Below, piece by piece: positions 40,648-52,810 of a stretch of 64,000 bases of DNA; the first letter of the stretch is position 1, and each line of letters opens with the position of its first letter. The stretch is from the NCBI GenBank assembly GCA_947085865.1, contig CAMTYC010000030.1:4418-68417 (forward strand), given 5' to 3'. The notes beneath the pieces were generated by a model. That model was not told where the DNA came from, did not search any database, and saw only the letters and a program-made list of their open reading frames with translations. A program made the position numbers and the translations under genes. The stretch comes from an uncultured Moraxellaceae bacterium (lineage in GTDB: Bacteria; Pseudomonadota; Gammaproteobacteria; Pseudomonadales; Moraxellaceae).

Positions 40648-41040
40648 GTGAAAAGCAATAGACCTGTCAATCTTTCAATGGCTACCGTTATCGAACTCAA
40701 TTTGAAGTCGCCGGTCGCTATTGCATCAATCTTGCACCGCCTTTCAGGCATTTTATTATTTTTTGTCATTCCCGGGCTGTTATGGCTCTTGCAATGCTCA
40801 TTGTCTTCGCCAGAAGGCTTTGCGCAGACGCAAGCGTTGTTATCAGGTGTGGTAGCTAAACTGGTCTTGTTTGTTGCTTTGGCCGGTCTGGTTTATCACT
40901 TCTTAGCCGGTGTTAAGCATTTAATTGCTGACTGGGGTATTGGCGAGTCCTTAGAAGGCGGGCGTTCGTTTGCCAAGGCCACTTTGGTGGTGTCAGCGTT
41001 TGCCATTGCTGCATTATTTGTTTGGGTGGTGCTGTCATGA
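40648..41040 (+). CDS. sdhC: succinate dehydrogenase cytochrome b556 subunit
   Basis: GTG start after AGGA: KSNRPVNL, SILHRLSG, YHFLAGVKHLIAD. Confidence 0.95.
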   Translation: MKSNRPVNLSMATVIELNLKSPVAIASILHRLSGILLFFVIPGLLWLLQCSLSSPEGFAQTQALLSGVVAKLVLFVALAGLVYHFLAGVKHLIADWGIGESLEGGRSFAKATLVVSAFAIAALFVWVVLS

Positions 41041-41402
41041 AGAGTGCAACAAGCTTTAGTCGTTCTGGTTTGTCCGATTGGCTGATTCAGCGCGTTAGCG
41101 CCATTATTCTTGCTGCGTACACAGTTTGGTTGTTTGGTTTTTTCATCATCAACTCAAACCTTGATTACGCTACATGGCATGCGTTTATGAGTGGCACGTG
41201 CATGCGTATTTTTACGCTGCTGGCATTGTTGTCATTTGTTGCACACGCTTGGATTGGTATGTGGACTGTTTTCACCGACTACTTAACCACTAGCCAGATG
41301 GGTCAATCGGCTAATGTGGTGCGTTTGGTGGCACAGATTGTTATGGCGATTGCACTGGTTGTAGTCATCGTCTGGGGCATTCAGATCATTTGGGGCAATT
41401 GA
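41037..41402 (+). CDS. sdhD: succinate dehydrogenase membrane anchor
   Basis: [28 protein letters not shown]; ATGA-coupled to sdhC. Confidence 0.96.
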   Translation: MKSATSFSRSGLSDWLIQRVSAIILAAYTVWLFGFFIINSNLDYATWHAFMSGTCMRIFTLLALLSFVAHAWIGMWTVFTDYLTTSQMGQSANVVRLVAQIVMAIALVVVIVWGIQIIWGN

Positions 41403-41403
41403 T

Positions 41404-43176
41404 ATGACAACAATGCGTACAGTCAATTTTGACGCTGTCATTGTCGGTGGTGGTGGTGCAGGCATGCGTGCCTCGCTGCAGTTGGCGCAATCCGGTTTTA
41501 AAACAGCACTGATCTCGAAAGTGTTCCCAACCCGTTCACACACAGTGTCGGCGCAAGGTGGTATTACCTGTGCAATCGCTTCTGCGGATCCTAATGACGA
41601 TTGGCGCTGGCACATGTATGACACCGTCAAAGGTTCTGATTACATTGGTGACCAAGACGCTATTGAGTACATGACCTCGGTGGGCCCACAAGTTGTATTC
41701 GAACTGGAGCACATGGGTTTGCCATTTTCGCGTACTGACGAAGGCCGCATTTATCAGCGTCCATTCGGTGGTCAGTCCAAGGGCCCAGATAATCCGACTC
41801 AAGCCGCACGTACCTGTGCTGCCGCTGACCGTACTGGCCATGCTCTGCTACATACGCTGTATCAGCAAAATTTGCATCACAAAACCAAGTTCTACATTGA
41901 ATGGTTAGCGATCGATATCGTTCGCAACCAAGCTGGTGATGTCTGCGGTGTTATTGCGATGGATATCGCTAGTGGCGAAGTGGTGTTCTTTAAGTCAAAA
42001 GCAACCGTATTTGCTACCGGTGGTGCAGGCCGTATTTACGCTTCTACTACTAATGCTCATATCAATACCGGTGATGGTGTTGGCATGGCCGCGCGTGCTG
42101 GCATTCCATTGCAAGACATGGAAATGTGGCAGTTCCACCCAACCGGCATTGCTGGTGCTGGTACGCTAGTAACGGAAGGTTGCCGTGGTGAAGGCGGTTA
42201 TTTGCTGAATAAAGACGGTGAGCGCTTCATGGAGCGTTATGCGCCAAATGCCAAAGATTTGGCCGGACGTGACGTTGTCGCGCGTGCCATGGCAACTGAA
42301 ATTCGCGAAGGTCGCGGTGCAGGTCCAGATGGCGAGTATGTTTATCTGAAATTGGATCATTTGGGTAAAGAAGTGCTGCACAGCCGCCTGCCTGGCATCT
42401 GTGAGCTGGCGCAAACTTTTGCTCATGTTGACCCAGTGAAAGAACCGATCCCTGTCATTCCAACCTGTCACTATATGATGGGTGGTATTCCAACTAACGT
42501 GCATGGCCAAGCTATTGCTGTTGATGCCAACGGTAATGATTCCATCGTGAATGGTCTGTATGCCGTGGGTGAAATTGCCTGTGTGTCTGTGCATGGTGCC
42601 AACCGCTTAGGCGGTAACTCACTGCTTGACTTGGTGGTGTTTGGTCGTGCTGCCGGTCTGCATATTGAAGATGCATTGCGTCAAGGTATGGAGCAGCGCG
42701 AGCCATCTGCTTCTGATATTGAGCGTGCACAAGCGCGTATGAATCGCTGGAATAGCTCAGTAAGTGGCGAGTCTGTGCCTGAGTTGCGCAAAGAATTGCA
42801 ACGTAGCATGCAGCTGAACTTCGGTATCTTCCGTCGTGGCGAAGACATGGACAAAGGTGTTGCTCACGTAGCCGATCTGCGTGAACGCATTGCCCGCGCA
42901 CATTTGGGTGACAAAACTCAGTCGTTCAACACCGCGCGTGTTGAGGCATTAGAGCTAGATAACTTGCTGGAAACAGCCGAAGCGACAGCATTGTCAGCTC
43001 AGGTTCGTACTGAGTCGCGTGGTGCGCATAGCCGTGAAGATTATCCAAATCGTGATGATGAAAACTGGTTGGCTCACTCGCTGTTCCACACCGACACCAA
43101 GGTGGTTGGCAAGCGTGCCGTGAACTTTGCGCCTAAGCAAGTTAAGGCGTTCCAACCTAAAGCACGTACTTATTGA
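41404..43176 (+). CDS. sdhA: succinate dehydrogenase flavoprotein
   Basis: [16 protein letters not shown] (covalent FAD His), [23 protein letters not shown]. Confidence 0.98.
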   Translation: MTTMRTVNFDAVIVGGGGAGMRASLQLAQSGFKTALISKVFPTRSHTVSAQGGITCAIASADPNDDWRWHMYDTVKGSDYIGDQDAIEYMTSVGPQVVFELEHMGLPFSRTDEGRIYQRPFGGQSKGPDNPTQAARTCAAADRTGHALLHTLYQQNLHHKTKFYIEWLAIDIVRNQAGDVCGVIAMDIASGEVVFFKSKATVFATGGAGRIYASTTNAHINTGDGVGMAARAGIPLQDMEMWQFHPTGIAGAGTLVTEGCRGEGGYLLNKDGERFMERYAPNAKDLAGRDVVARAMATEIREGRGAGPDGEYVYLKLDHLGKEVLHSRLPGICELAQTFAHVDPVKEPIPVIPTCHYMMGGIPTNVHGQAIAVDANGNDSIVNGLYAVGEIACVSVHGANRLGGNSLLDLVVFGRAAGLHIEDALRQGMEQREPSASDIERAQARMNRWNSSVSGESVPELRKELQRSMQLNFGIFRRGEDMDKGVAHVADLRERIARAHLGDKTQSFNTARVEALELDNLLETAEATALSAQVRTESRGAHSREDYPNRDDENWLAHSLFHTDTKVVGKRAVNFAPKQVKAFQPKARTY

Positions 43177-43188
43177 TAGGGGTTCATC

Positions 43189-43896
43189 ATGCTTAAAGTC
43201 AGCATCTATCGTTACAACCCAGATACCGACCGCGAACCCTTTATGAAAGAGTTCCAGGTCGACACCCAAGGCCGTGATTTGATGGTGTTGGATGTGTTGA
43301 ATCTGGTGAAAGAACAAGATGATTCCTTGGTCTACCGTCGCTCATGCCGTGAAGGTGTGTGTGGTTCAGATGGCGTCAATATGAATGGTAAGAACGGCTT
43401 GGCGTGTATTACGCCAGTGTCGGTGGCAACTAAAGGTGGCAATCATCTGATTGTTAAGCCTTTGCCAGGCTTGCCAGTGCTGCGTGACTTGGTTGTTGAT
43501 ATGTCGATGTTCTTTGCGCAGTACGAAAAAGTACAGCCCTATGTCATCAACGACACACCAGCACCTGCGATTGAGCGTCTGCAGACACCAGAAGAGCGTG
43601 CCAAGCTTGATGGTCTTTATGAGTGCATTCTTTGTGCCTGCTGTTCAACAAGCTGCCCATCATTCTGGTGGAATCCAGAGAAGTTCTTAGGCCCATCCGC
43701 ATTGCTGCAGGCTTACCGCTTCTTGGCCGATAGCCGCGACACAGCAACTGCTGATCGTTTGGCTAAGCTCGACGATCCGTTCAGCTTGTTCCGTTGCCGT
43801 GGCATTATGAATTGTGTCAGCTCTTGCCCTAAAGGTTTGAATCCAACTAAGGCGATTGGTCACATTCGCAATATGTTGCTGACGCAGGCCTCGTAA
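43189..43896 (+). CDS. sdhB: succinate dehydrogenase iron-sulfur subunit
   Basis: SCREGVCGSD, CILCACCSTSCP, CRGIMNCVSSCP. Confidence 0.98.
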   Translation: MLKVSIYRYNPDTDREPFMKEFQVDTQGRDLMVLDVLNLVKEQDDSLVYRRSCREGVCGSDGVNMNGKNGLACITPVSVATKGGNHLIVKPLPGLPVLRDLVVDMSMFFAQYEKVQPYVINDTPAPAIERLQTPEERAKLDGLYECILCACCSTSCPSFWWNPEKFLGPSALLQAYRFLADSRDTATADRLAKLDDPFSLFRCRGIMNCVSSCPKGLNPTKAIGHIRNMLLTQAS

Positions 43897-43913
43897 CGCA
43901 GGTTTTTTCAGTA

Positions 43914-43949
43914 AAACAAAAACGGCCGCTCATGCGGTCGTTTTTGTTT
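43914..43949 (+). terminator. terminator after sdhB
   Basis: aaacaaaaaCGGCCGC-tcat-GCGGTCGtttttgttt. Confidence 0.85.
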
Positions 43950-44122
43950 CCACTCGTCGAATAATTTGTCTAGTCACACTTTGGTAGTGGTTCCTCAGTA
44001 GGCTGATTCGCGTTAGTATCCAGTCTACTTTCGCGGCCTAGACACCCTAAGCCGTTGTAAAAATCTGAGTCTTGTAACCGATAAGATTTAGTTCAGGCAA
44101 TATTCTGTTTGGGATAATCATC

Positions 44123-46963
44123 ATGCAAGAAGGCCAAATGCTGAATCAGTGGAAAACATCACAACTTTCTGCTGATAACGCCGCCTATGTTGAAGCACTT
44201 TATGAAGAATTCTTAGTTTCTCCTGCCAGTGTGCCTGATGAGTGGCGCACTTATTTTGAACTTTTGCCTCGTGTTGCAGAGGTTAGTCAAGACACTCCCC
44301 ATCATGTGATTCGTGAGCAGTTTTTATTGCTGGCACGCAATCGAAGTCGCGCTAAACCTTTAGCCACTAATGAAGTTTCTAGCGCGCATGACCAACGTCA
44401 AGTGGCGGTGCTGCAGCTTATTGCTGGCTATCGAAATCGTGGGCATCAGCGCGCAAAAATTGATCCGCTAGGCTTAGTTGTCCGCCACGATGTTCCTGAT
44501 ATTGAGTTATCTAGCCATGGTTTAACGCCAGCCGATTTAGATACAGTATTTAATGTTGGCAATTTAGCGATTGGTAAAGCTGAAGCGCCGCTGCGTGAAA
44601 TTGTCAAAAGCCTTGATGCGATTTACTGTCAGAGCATCGGCATTGAGTACATGCATATTGTAGATACCGCACAAAAGCGCTGGATTCAGCAGCGTCTTGA
44701 AGGTGCGCGTGGCAACTTTGGTTTCTCAACAGACACCAAGCGGCTATTACTCGAATCGATTACCGCAGCCGAAGGCTTAGAGCGTTATTTGGGTTCGCGT
44801 TTTGCTGGTGCGAAGCGCTTTGGCTTGGAAGGTGGTGAGTCACTTATTCCAATGGTTAAAGAGTGTATTTACCGAGCTGGACAGGCCGGCACCAAAGAAG
44901 TCGTGATTGGTATGGCTCACCGTGGCCGTCTTAATGTTCTGGTCAATATTTTAGGTAAGCAGCCCAGCAGTTTATTTGGTGAATTTGAAGGTAAGTCCTT
45001 CACCCAAAAAGGCTCAGGTGATGTGAAATACCACCAAGGCTTCTCTTCTAACCTGATGACGCCCGGTGGTGAAGTGCACTTGGCGATGGCATTTAACCCA
45101 TCGCACCTAGAGATTGTTTCGCCTGTTGTCGAGGGCTCGGTACGTGCTCGTCAAGACCGCCGCTTAGACTCATCTGGCCGTTTGGTATTGCCAATTAGTA
45201 TTCATGGTGATGCTGCATTTGCTGGCCAAGGTGTGGTCATGGAGACCTTCCAAATGTCGCAAACGCGCGGTTATAAAACCGGCGGTACTGTGCATATTGT
45301 GGTCAATAACCAAGTGGGCTTTACCACTAGCCGTGTTGATGATGCGCGCTCGACTGAATACTGTACTGGCGTAGCCAAAATGGTTCAGCCGCCCATTTTC
45401 CATGTCAATGGTGATGATCCAGAGGCGGTATTGTTTGTGACGCAAATGGCCTTGGACTTCCGCATGGAGTTTAAGAAAGACGTCGTGATTGACATGTATT
45501 GTTATCGTCGCCGTGGTCATAACGAAGCCGATGAGCCATCAGCAACGCAACCGCTGATGTACAAGGTCATTAACAACTTGCCAACCACCCGTGCTATTTA
45601 TGCTGAACGCTTAGAAAAAGAAGGTTCGATTAAGCCTGGCACAGGTGATGAGATGGTAAACGCTTATCGTCAGAAGCTAGAGGCAGGTGAGAGCGTAGTG
45701 CCAGAGTTGGTCCCAAATCCTAACAAAACATTGTTTGTGGATTGGACACCATACTTGAATCACTCAGTTGTGGATGAGTGGGACACAGGCGTGCCATTAA
45801 CCGAATTGGCTCGACTCGGCAAAATCATGTCGACTATGCCTGAACAGTTTGTCGTGCAGCGACAAGTTAAAAAGGTATTGGAAGATCGTGAGCGCATGTG
45901 GGCGGGCAATCTCGAGTTGAACTGGGGTGCTGCTGAAGTCATGGCATATGCGACTTTGCTGCAAGAAGACTTTTTTGTTCGCATTACGGGTCAAGACATT
46001 GGTCGTGGCACGTTCTCGCATCGTCATGCCATTTTGTATAACCAAAACAACAATGAGCCGCATATTCCGCTGCAGCAATTAGTGCTGAGAGAAAAGCAGT
46101 TAGAGCTTTATGACTCTTTATTATCTGAAGAGGCGGTGCTGGCATTTGAGTATGGTTATGCCACCACGACACCTAACTCGTTGATTGTTTGGGAAGCTCA
46201 GTTTGGTGACTTTGCCAACGGCGCCCAAGTGGTAATTGACCAGTTTATTTCGAGTGGTGAAACCAAGTGGGAGCGTGTTTGTGGCTTAACAATGCTATTG
46301 CCGCATGGTTACGAAGGCCAAGGTCCTGAGCACTCTTCGGCTCGTTTAGAGCGCTTCCTGCAATTGTGTGCAGAGCACAATATGCAGGTTTGTACGCCAT
46401 CAACACCTGCTCAAATTTTCCACTTATTGCGTCGACAAGCAGTGCGTCCATTGCGTAAGCCATTGATTATTATGTCGCCTAAGAGTTTGTTGCGTCATAA
46501 ATTGGCGGTGTCACCGATTGAGGAGCTGAGTCAAGGTGGCTTCCGTACGGTTATTCCAGAAATTGATGCAATTGATGCCAAAGCGGTGAAACGTGTTGTT
46601 ATCTGTGGCGGCAAAGTCTATTACGACTTGTTAGAGAAGCGCCGCGAGTTAGGGCTGAGCCATGTCGCTATCGTGCGTGTAGAGCAGTTATATCCATTCC
46701 CTGATGCAAACTTAATGGCTGCTATCAAGCCATATACCAAAGCAGAAGAGGTGGTGTGGTGCCAAGAAGAGCCGATGAACCAAGGTGCTTGGTATAACAC
46801 GCGACATAACCTTGAACGAGTGGTTGGCAAATGGCAGCCGTTGTTGAAAATTGGCTATACCGGACGTCCGCTGTCGGCAGCGCCTGCTTGTGGCTCGGTT
46901 TACTTACATACTAAAGAACAAGCGGCTTTAGTCGCTGATGCCCTTGGCGTGACGAACGCCTAA
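44123..46963 (+). CDS. sucA: 2-oxoglutarate dehydrogenase E1
   Basis: KRFGLEG, MAHRGRLN, GDVKYH, TPP motif HGDAAFAGQG, WEAQFGDF, GPEHSSAR. Confidence 0.98.
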   Translation: MQEGQMLNQWKTSQLSADNAAYVEALYEEFLVSPASVPDEWRTYFELLPRVAEVSQDTPHHVIREQFLLLARNRSRAKPLATNEVSSAHDQRQVAVLQLIAGYRNRGHQRAKIDPLGLVVRHDVPDIELSSHGLTPADLDTVFNVGNLAIGKAEAPLREIVKSLDAIYCQSIGIEYMHIVDTAQKRWIQQRLEGARGNFGFSTDTKRLLLESITAAEGLERYLGSRFAGAKRFGLEGGESLIPMVKECIYRAGQAGTKEVVIGMAHRGRLNVLVNILGKQPSSLFGEFEGKSFTQKGSGDVKYHQGFSSNLMTPGGEVHLAMAFNPSHLEIVSPVVEGSVRARQDRRLDSSGRLVLPISIHGDAAFAGQGVVMETFQMSQTRGYKTGGTVHIVVNNQVGFTTSRVDDARSTEYCTGVAKMVQPPIFHVNGDDPEAVLFVTQMALDFRMEFKKDVVIDMYCYRRRGHNEADEPSATQPLMYKVINNLPTTRAIYAERLEKEGSIKPGTGDEMVNAYRQKLEAGESVVPELVPNPNKTLFVDWTPYLNHSVVDEWDTGVPLTELARLGKIMSTMPEQFVVQRQVKKVLEDRERMWAGNLELNWGAAEVMAYATLLQEDFFVRITGQDIGRGTFSHRHAILYNQNNNEPHIPLQQLVLREKQLELYDSLLSEEAVLAFEYGYATTTPNSLIVWEAQFGDFANGAQVVIDQFISSGETKWERVCGLTMLLPHGYEGQGPEHSSARLERFLQLCAEHNMQVCTPSTPAQIFHLLRRQAVRPLRKPLIIMSPKSLLRHKLAVSPIEELSQGGFRTVIPEIDAIDAKAVKRVVICGGKVYYDLLEKRRELGLSHVAIVRVEQLYPFPDANLMAAIKPYTKAEEVVWCQEEPMNQGAWYNTRHNLERVVGKWQPLLKIGYTGRPLSAAPACGSVYLHTKEQAALVADALGVTNA

Positions 46964-46990
46964 ACAATCCAGTTAAAAGGAACTCTAATC

Positions 46991-48196
46991 ATGAGTCTGG
47001 AAATTAAAGCACCGGTTTTCCCTGAGTCAGTGGCGGATGGCACGGTGGCAACATGGCACAAAAAGCCAGGTGATGCAGTCAAGCGTGATGAACTTCTAGT
47101 CGATATTGAAACCGATAAGGTCGTACTTGAAGTGGTCTCTCCCGCAGATGGTGTCTTGCAAGACGTGTTAAAGCAAGAAGGCGATACAGTGTTGTCGCAA
47201 GAGTTATTAGCACATGTGACGGAAGGAGCTGCAGCTGCTCCAGCGGCGAGTGCGCCAGCGGCAGAACCAGCAAAAGCAGCAGAGCCAGCAAAAGCTGAGG
47301 CGCCCGCTGCGGCAGGCCCTGCTGCGCGTAAAGCCGCTGCAGAAGCAGGGGTAAATGTAGCGAACCTAACCGGCTCAGGGGTTGGTGGTCGTGTTACCAA
47401 AGCGGATGTGTTGGCGGCGCCGAAGGCTGCAGCACCTACATCCACACCTGCAGCGTCAGCTCCGGCAGCTGCTGCAGCGCCATTGGCTGCTGGTGAGCGC
47501 ATTGAGAAGCGTGTGCCAATGACACGCTTACGTGCCAAAGTTGCTGAGCGCTTGTTAGAAGCGAAACAGTCTACTGCCATGCTGACCACGTTTAACGAAG
47601 TCAATATGAAGCCAGTAATGGATCTGCGTAAGCAATATGTAGACAAGTTTGAAAAAGTGCATGGTGTACGCCTAGGCTTTATGTCGTTCTTTGTGAAAGC
47701 AGCAACCGAAGCTCTCAAACGTTTCCCTGCAGTGAACGCCTCAATTGATGGCAATGACATTGTGTATCACGGTTATTCTGACATTGGTGTCGCAGTGTCT
47801 TCAGACCGTGGTTTAGTTGTGCCTGTGTTGCGCGATGCTGAGCAAATGAGCTTGGCAGAAATTGAAAAGGGCGTTATGGCCTATGGCAAAAAAGCACGCG
47901 ACGGTAAGTTGTCGATTGAAGACATGACGGGCGGTACGTTCACCATTTCTAATGGTGGTGTGTTTGGCTCCTTGTTATCAACGCCGATTTTGAACCTCCC
48001 ACAAACCGCTATTTTGGGTATGCACAAAATCCAAGAGCGTCCAATGGCCGTTGACGGTCAGGTTGTGATTTTGCCAATGATGTATTTGGCATTGTCATAT
48101 GACCATCGCTTAATTGATGGTAAAGAAGCAGTGAGCTTCTTGGTCGCGATTAAAGAATTAGTCGAAGATCCTGCACGTTTGTTGCTGGAAATCTAA
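46991..48196 (+). CDS. sucB: dihydrolipoyllysine succinyltransferase E2
   Basis: Lipoyl motif ETDKV, E3-binding [12 protein letters not shown], catalytic DHRLIDG. Confidence 0.98.
   Translation: MSLEIKAPVFPESVADGTVATWHKKPGDAVKRDELLVDIETDKVVLEVVSPADGVLQDVLKQEGDTVLSQELLAHVTEGAAAAPAASAPAAEPAKAAEPAKAEAPAAAGPAARKAAAEAGVNVANLTGSGVGGRVTKADVLAAPKAAAPTSTPAASAPAAAAAPLAAGERIEKRVPMTRLRAKVAERLLEAKQSTAMLTTFNEVNMKPVMDLRKQYVDKFEKVHGVRLGFMSFFVKAATEALKRFPAVNASIDGNDIVYHGYSDIGVAVSSDRGLVVPVLRDAEQMSLAEIEKGVMAYGKKARDGKLSIEDMTGGTFTISNGGVFGSLLSTPILNLPQTAILGMHKIQERPMAVDGQVVILPMMYLALSYDHRLIDGKEAVSFLVAIKELVEDPARLLLEI
47261..47296 (+). repeat. two-copy 18-bp tandem repeat in the SucB linker (AEPAKA x2)
   Basis: gcagaaccagcaaaagca / gcagagccagcaaaagct. 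Confidence 0.7.
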
Positions 48197-48207
48197 GTTA
48201 GGGATGA

Positions 48208-49650
<1,443 letters not shown>

Positions 49651-49660
49651 TTGATAACTT

Positions 49661-49689
49661 AAGGGGCTAAAAGCCCCTTGGTTTTTTTT
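49661..49689 (+). terminator. terminator-like hairpin between lpdA and sucC
   Basis: AAGGGGCT-aaa-AGCCCCTT-gg-T8. Confidence 0.7.
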
Positions 49690-49712
49690 CAACAACGAGT
49701 GGTGATTAAACA

Positions 49713-50876
49713 ATGAATCTGCACGAGTATCAGGGCAAACAACTGTTTGCCGAATATGGCCTTCCGGTCTCTAAGGGTTTCGCAGTGTCCACGCCTGAAG
49801 AGGCACGTGCTGCGGCTGAGCGTATTGGTGGTGATCTTTGGGTCGTTAAGGCTCAGGTGCATGCCGGTGGTCGTGGTAAGGCTGGTGGCGTTAAGCTAGT
49901 TAAATCACTCGATGAAGTCGAAGCATTTGCCCGCGAAAAACTAGGTACACGCCTAGTGACGTATCAAACAGATGCTAGCGGTCAGCCAGTGACAAAAATT
50001 CTGGTTGAGAGCTGCACTGATATCGCTAATGAACTGTACCTTGGTGCTGTTGTTGACCGTGCTTCACGACGCATTGTTTTTATGGCGTCCACTGAAGGTG
50101 GTGTAGAGATCGAAAAAGTCGCTCACGAAACACCGGAAAAAATCTTCAAAGCAGCCATTGATCCACTCGTTGGCCCACAGCCTTACCAAGGTCGTGAGTT
50201 GGCTTACAAACTGGGCTTAAATCCAGATCAAGTGAAGCAGTTCGTGAAAATCTTCATGGGCTTAGGCACCATGTTTACTGATCTTGATTTGGCGCTGTTG
50301 GAAATCAACCCATTGGTGATTACCAATGAAGGTAATCTGCATTGCTTAGATGCCAAAATCGTTATCGATTCCAATGCTTTGTATCGCCATCCTAAGCTGA
50401 AGGGCATGTATGACCCATCACAAGAAGATGAGCGTGAGCGTCGTGCAGCAGAGTGGGAACTGAACTACGTTGCGCTGGAAGGCAATATTGGTTGCATGGT
50501 GAATGGCGCTGGTTTGGCCATGGCAACTATGGACTTGATTAAGTTGAAAGGCGGCCAGCCTGCTAACTTCCTTGATGTTGGCGGTGGTGCAACTAAAGAG
50601 CGCGTGACCGAAGCATTCAAAATCATTCTATCTGATAGCTCGGTTAAGGCCGTTCTGGTCAATATTTTCGGCGGCATTGTACGTTGCGACATGATTGCAG
50701 ACGGCATTATCGGCGCAGTTCAAGATGTTGGCGTTAAAGTGCCTGTTGTTGTCCGTTTAGAGGGCAACAATGCCGATTTAGGTGCGCAAAAACTGCGTGA
50801 AAGTGGACTGAATATCACGCCAGCCGCCTCGTTAAACGAAGCCGGTGAGCTGGTTGTTAAAGCTGTGGGAGTCTGA
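49713..50876 (+). CDS. sucC: succinyl-CoA synthetase beta subunit
   Basis: [45 protein letters not shown]. Confidence 0.98.
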   Translation: MNLHEYQGKQLFAEYGLPVSKGFAVSTPEEARAAAERIGGDLWVVKAQVHAGGRGKAGGVKLVKSLDEVEAFAREKLGTRLVTYQTDASGQPVTKILVESCTDIANELYLGAVVDRASRRIVFMASTEGGVEIEKVAHETPEKIFKAAIDPLVGPQPYQGRELAYKLGLNPDQVKQFVKIFMGLGTMFTDLDLALLEINPLVITNEGNLHCLDAKIVIDSNALYRHPKLKGMYDPSQEDERERRAAEWELNYVALEGNIGCMVNGAGLAMATMDLIKLKGGQPANFLDVGGGATKERVTEAFKIILSDSSVKAVLVNIFGGIVRCDMIADGIIGAVQDVGVKVPVVVRLEGNNADLGAQKLRESGLNITPAASLNEAGELVVKAVGV

Positions 50877-50878
50877 AC

Positions 50879-51757
50879 ATGAGTGTCTTGATTAATAAAT
50901 CTACCAAAGTGATTTGCCAAGGCATCACCGGTTCGCAAGGCTCAATGCATACCGAACAAGCGATTGCTTATGGCACTAATATGGTTGGCGGTGTTACGCC
51001 GGGTAAAGGCGGCACCACACACCTAGGTCTGCCAGTATTTGACACAGTACGTGAAGCCGTTGAAAAAACTGGTGCTAACGCTTCTGTTATTTATGTGCCT
51101 GCTGCTTTTGCCAAAGACTCTATTCTGGAAGCAGTGGATGCCGGTATTGAACTGGTAGTCTGTATCACTGAAGGCGTACCGGCTATCGATATGCTGTTTG
51201 TTAAAGAATACATTTTGCGTAAAGGTGGTGTGCGTCTGATCGGCCCTAATTGCCCCGGCATCATCACACCGGGCGAATGCAAAATTGGCATTATGCCCGG
51301 CCACATTCACTTGCCGGGTAAAGTCGGTATTGTGTCGCGCTCCGGCACATTGACCTATGAAGCGGTTAAGCAAACCACAGATTTGGGCTTTGGCCAGTCA
51401 ACCTGTATTGGTATTGGTGGCGATCCAATTCCTGGCATGACCTTTATTGATGCGCTGGAATTGTTCCAGAACGACCCACAAACCGAAGCCATTATTATGG
51501 TCGGTGAAATTGGTGGTTCAGCAGAAGAAGAAGCTGCTGAGTTTATTAAAGCCAATGTCACTAAGCCAGTGGTTTCCTATATCGCCGGTGTAACCGCGCC
51601 TGCTGGTAAGCGCATGGGCCATGCTGGCGCCATCATTTCTGGTGGTAAAGGAACTGCGGATGAGAAGTTTGCCGCACTTGAAGCTGCGGGTGTAAAAACA
51701 GTATCTAACCCAGCGATGTTGGGTGCCGGTATTGCTGAGCTGACTGGCTGGAAATAA
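50879..51757 (+). CDS. sucD: succinyl-CoA synthetase alpha subunit
   Basis: [27 protein letters not shown] (phospho-His). Confidence 0.98.
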   Translation: MSVLINKSTKVICQGITGSQGSMHTEQAIAYGTNMVGGVTPGKGGTTHLGLPVFDTVREAVEKTGANASVIYVPAAFAKDSILEAVDAGIELVVCITEGVPAIDMLFVKEYILRKGGVRLIGPNCPGIITPGECKIGIMPGHIHLPGKVGIVSRSGTLTYEAVKQTTDLGFGQSTCIGIGGDPIPGMTFIDALELFQNDPQTEAIIMVGEIGGSAEEEAAEFIKANVTKPVVSYIAGVTAPAGKRMGHAGAIISGGKGTADEKFAALEAAGVKTVSNPAMLGAGIAELTGWK

Positions 51758-51769
51758 GCCAAGCACTTG

Positions 51770-51803
51770 AAAAAAAGCCCGCGTAGTTAGCGGGCTTTTT
51801 TTT
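51770..51803 (+). terminator. terminator after sucD
   Basis: A7-GCCCGC-gtagtta-GCGGGC-T8. Confidence 0.92.
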
Positions 51804-51859
51804 AGCAGAAATTCACTTTGTGGCCTTGTTTTTAGAACACAATCAGCGACATTAGCGCT

Positions 51860-52810
51860 ATGAATGTAACTCAAATGATTATTTCAACCTTAGTAACATT
51901 GGTCCTGATATTGGTTGTGTGGACTGTGTATGGCCAATGGCGTATCAACCAGCAATATCCACCGGTTGGCCAATTTATTACGGTAGATGGTGTGCGCTTG
52001 CATTATGTGCAGGCGGGCGAAGGACCTGCGGTGATGTTGGTGCATGGCGCCAGTTCAAACCTAAATGAATTTACTTCCAGCTTACTGCCGCGTTTAGCCA
52101 GCAAATATCATGTTATTGCTTTTGATAGACCTGGCTTTGGCCACAGTTCACGACCCACGAATGAGTGGATGGATCCGGGCCGCCAAATTGAGCTGATGCT
52201 AAAGGCCGCAAATCAGCTTGGCTTAGCAAAACCCTTAGTGATCGGTCACTCATGGGCGGGCAGTGTGGTGGCTGCGGCATTGGTACACTATGACGAACAA
52301 ATCAGTGCCGGGGTGTCATTGTCAGGTGTTGCTGGGCACTGGGCAGGGCCACTTAACTGGACTTATCGTATTGGAGATTTGCCGCTTATTGGGCCACTTT
52401 TTGCTTGGACATTGGTTTATCCACTCGGTCAATTTATGCTGCATTCGGGCTTGAATGATGTGTTTTCGCCTGACCCTGTGCCAGAACAACAAGTTGAAAA
52501 AACAGCAGTTGCCTTGGCATTACGGCCACGCAGTTATCAGCACAATGTGCGTGATATGAACAATAGTAATGAGTACATGCAGTTATTGAGTGTGCATTAC
52601 GATCGCATCAATAAGCCGTTATTGATTATTCATGGTGAACGAGACGAGCTGGTGCCGTATTGGAATCATGGCCGTCGTTTGTTGAAAATTGTGCCATCGA
52701 TTGAAACTTTGTTATTGGATAATGCCGGACATGCTCCGCATCACACCCATACCGATGAAGTTGTTGTCGCAGTTGATGAGTTTTATCAGCGCGTCTTGGT
52801 TCAACAATGA
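51860..52810 (+). CDS. alpha/beta hydrolase with N-terminal membrane anchor
   Basis: VHGA, DRPGFGHS, GHSWA nucleophile elbow, HGERD, AGHAPH. Confidence 0.9.
   Translation: MNVTQMIISTLVTLVLILVVWTVYGQWRINQQYPPVGQFITVDGVRLHYVQAGEGPAVMLVHGASSNLNEFTSSLLPRLASKYHVIAFDRPGFGHSSRPTNEWMDPGRQIELMLKAANQLGLAKPLVIGHSWAGSVVAAALVHYDEQISAGVSLSGVAGHWAGPLNWTYRIGDLPLIGPLFAWTLVYPLGQFMLHSGLNDVFSPDPVPEQQVEKTAVALALRPRSYQHNVRDMNNSNEYMQLLSVHYDRINKPLLIIHGERDELVPYWNHGRRLLKIVPSIETLLLDNAGHAPHHTHTDEVVVAVDEFYQRVLVQQ

Noticed and set aside
46960-47760. 266-aa antisense ORF opposite sucB
   Set aside because: Mirror of a codon-biased gene with an Ala/Pro linker; no family motifs. The same applies to the other antisense ORFs over sdhA, lpdA, sucCD and htpG.
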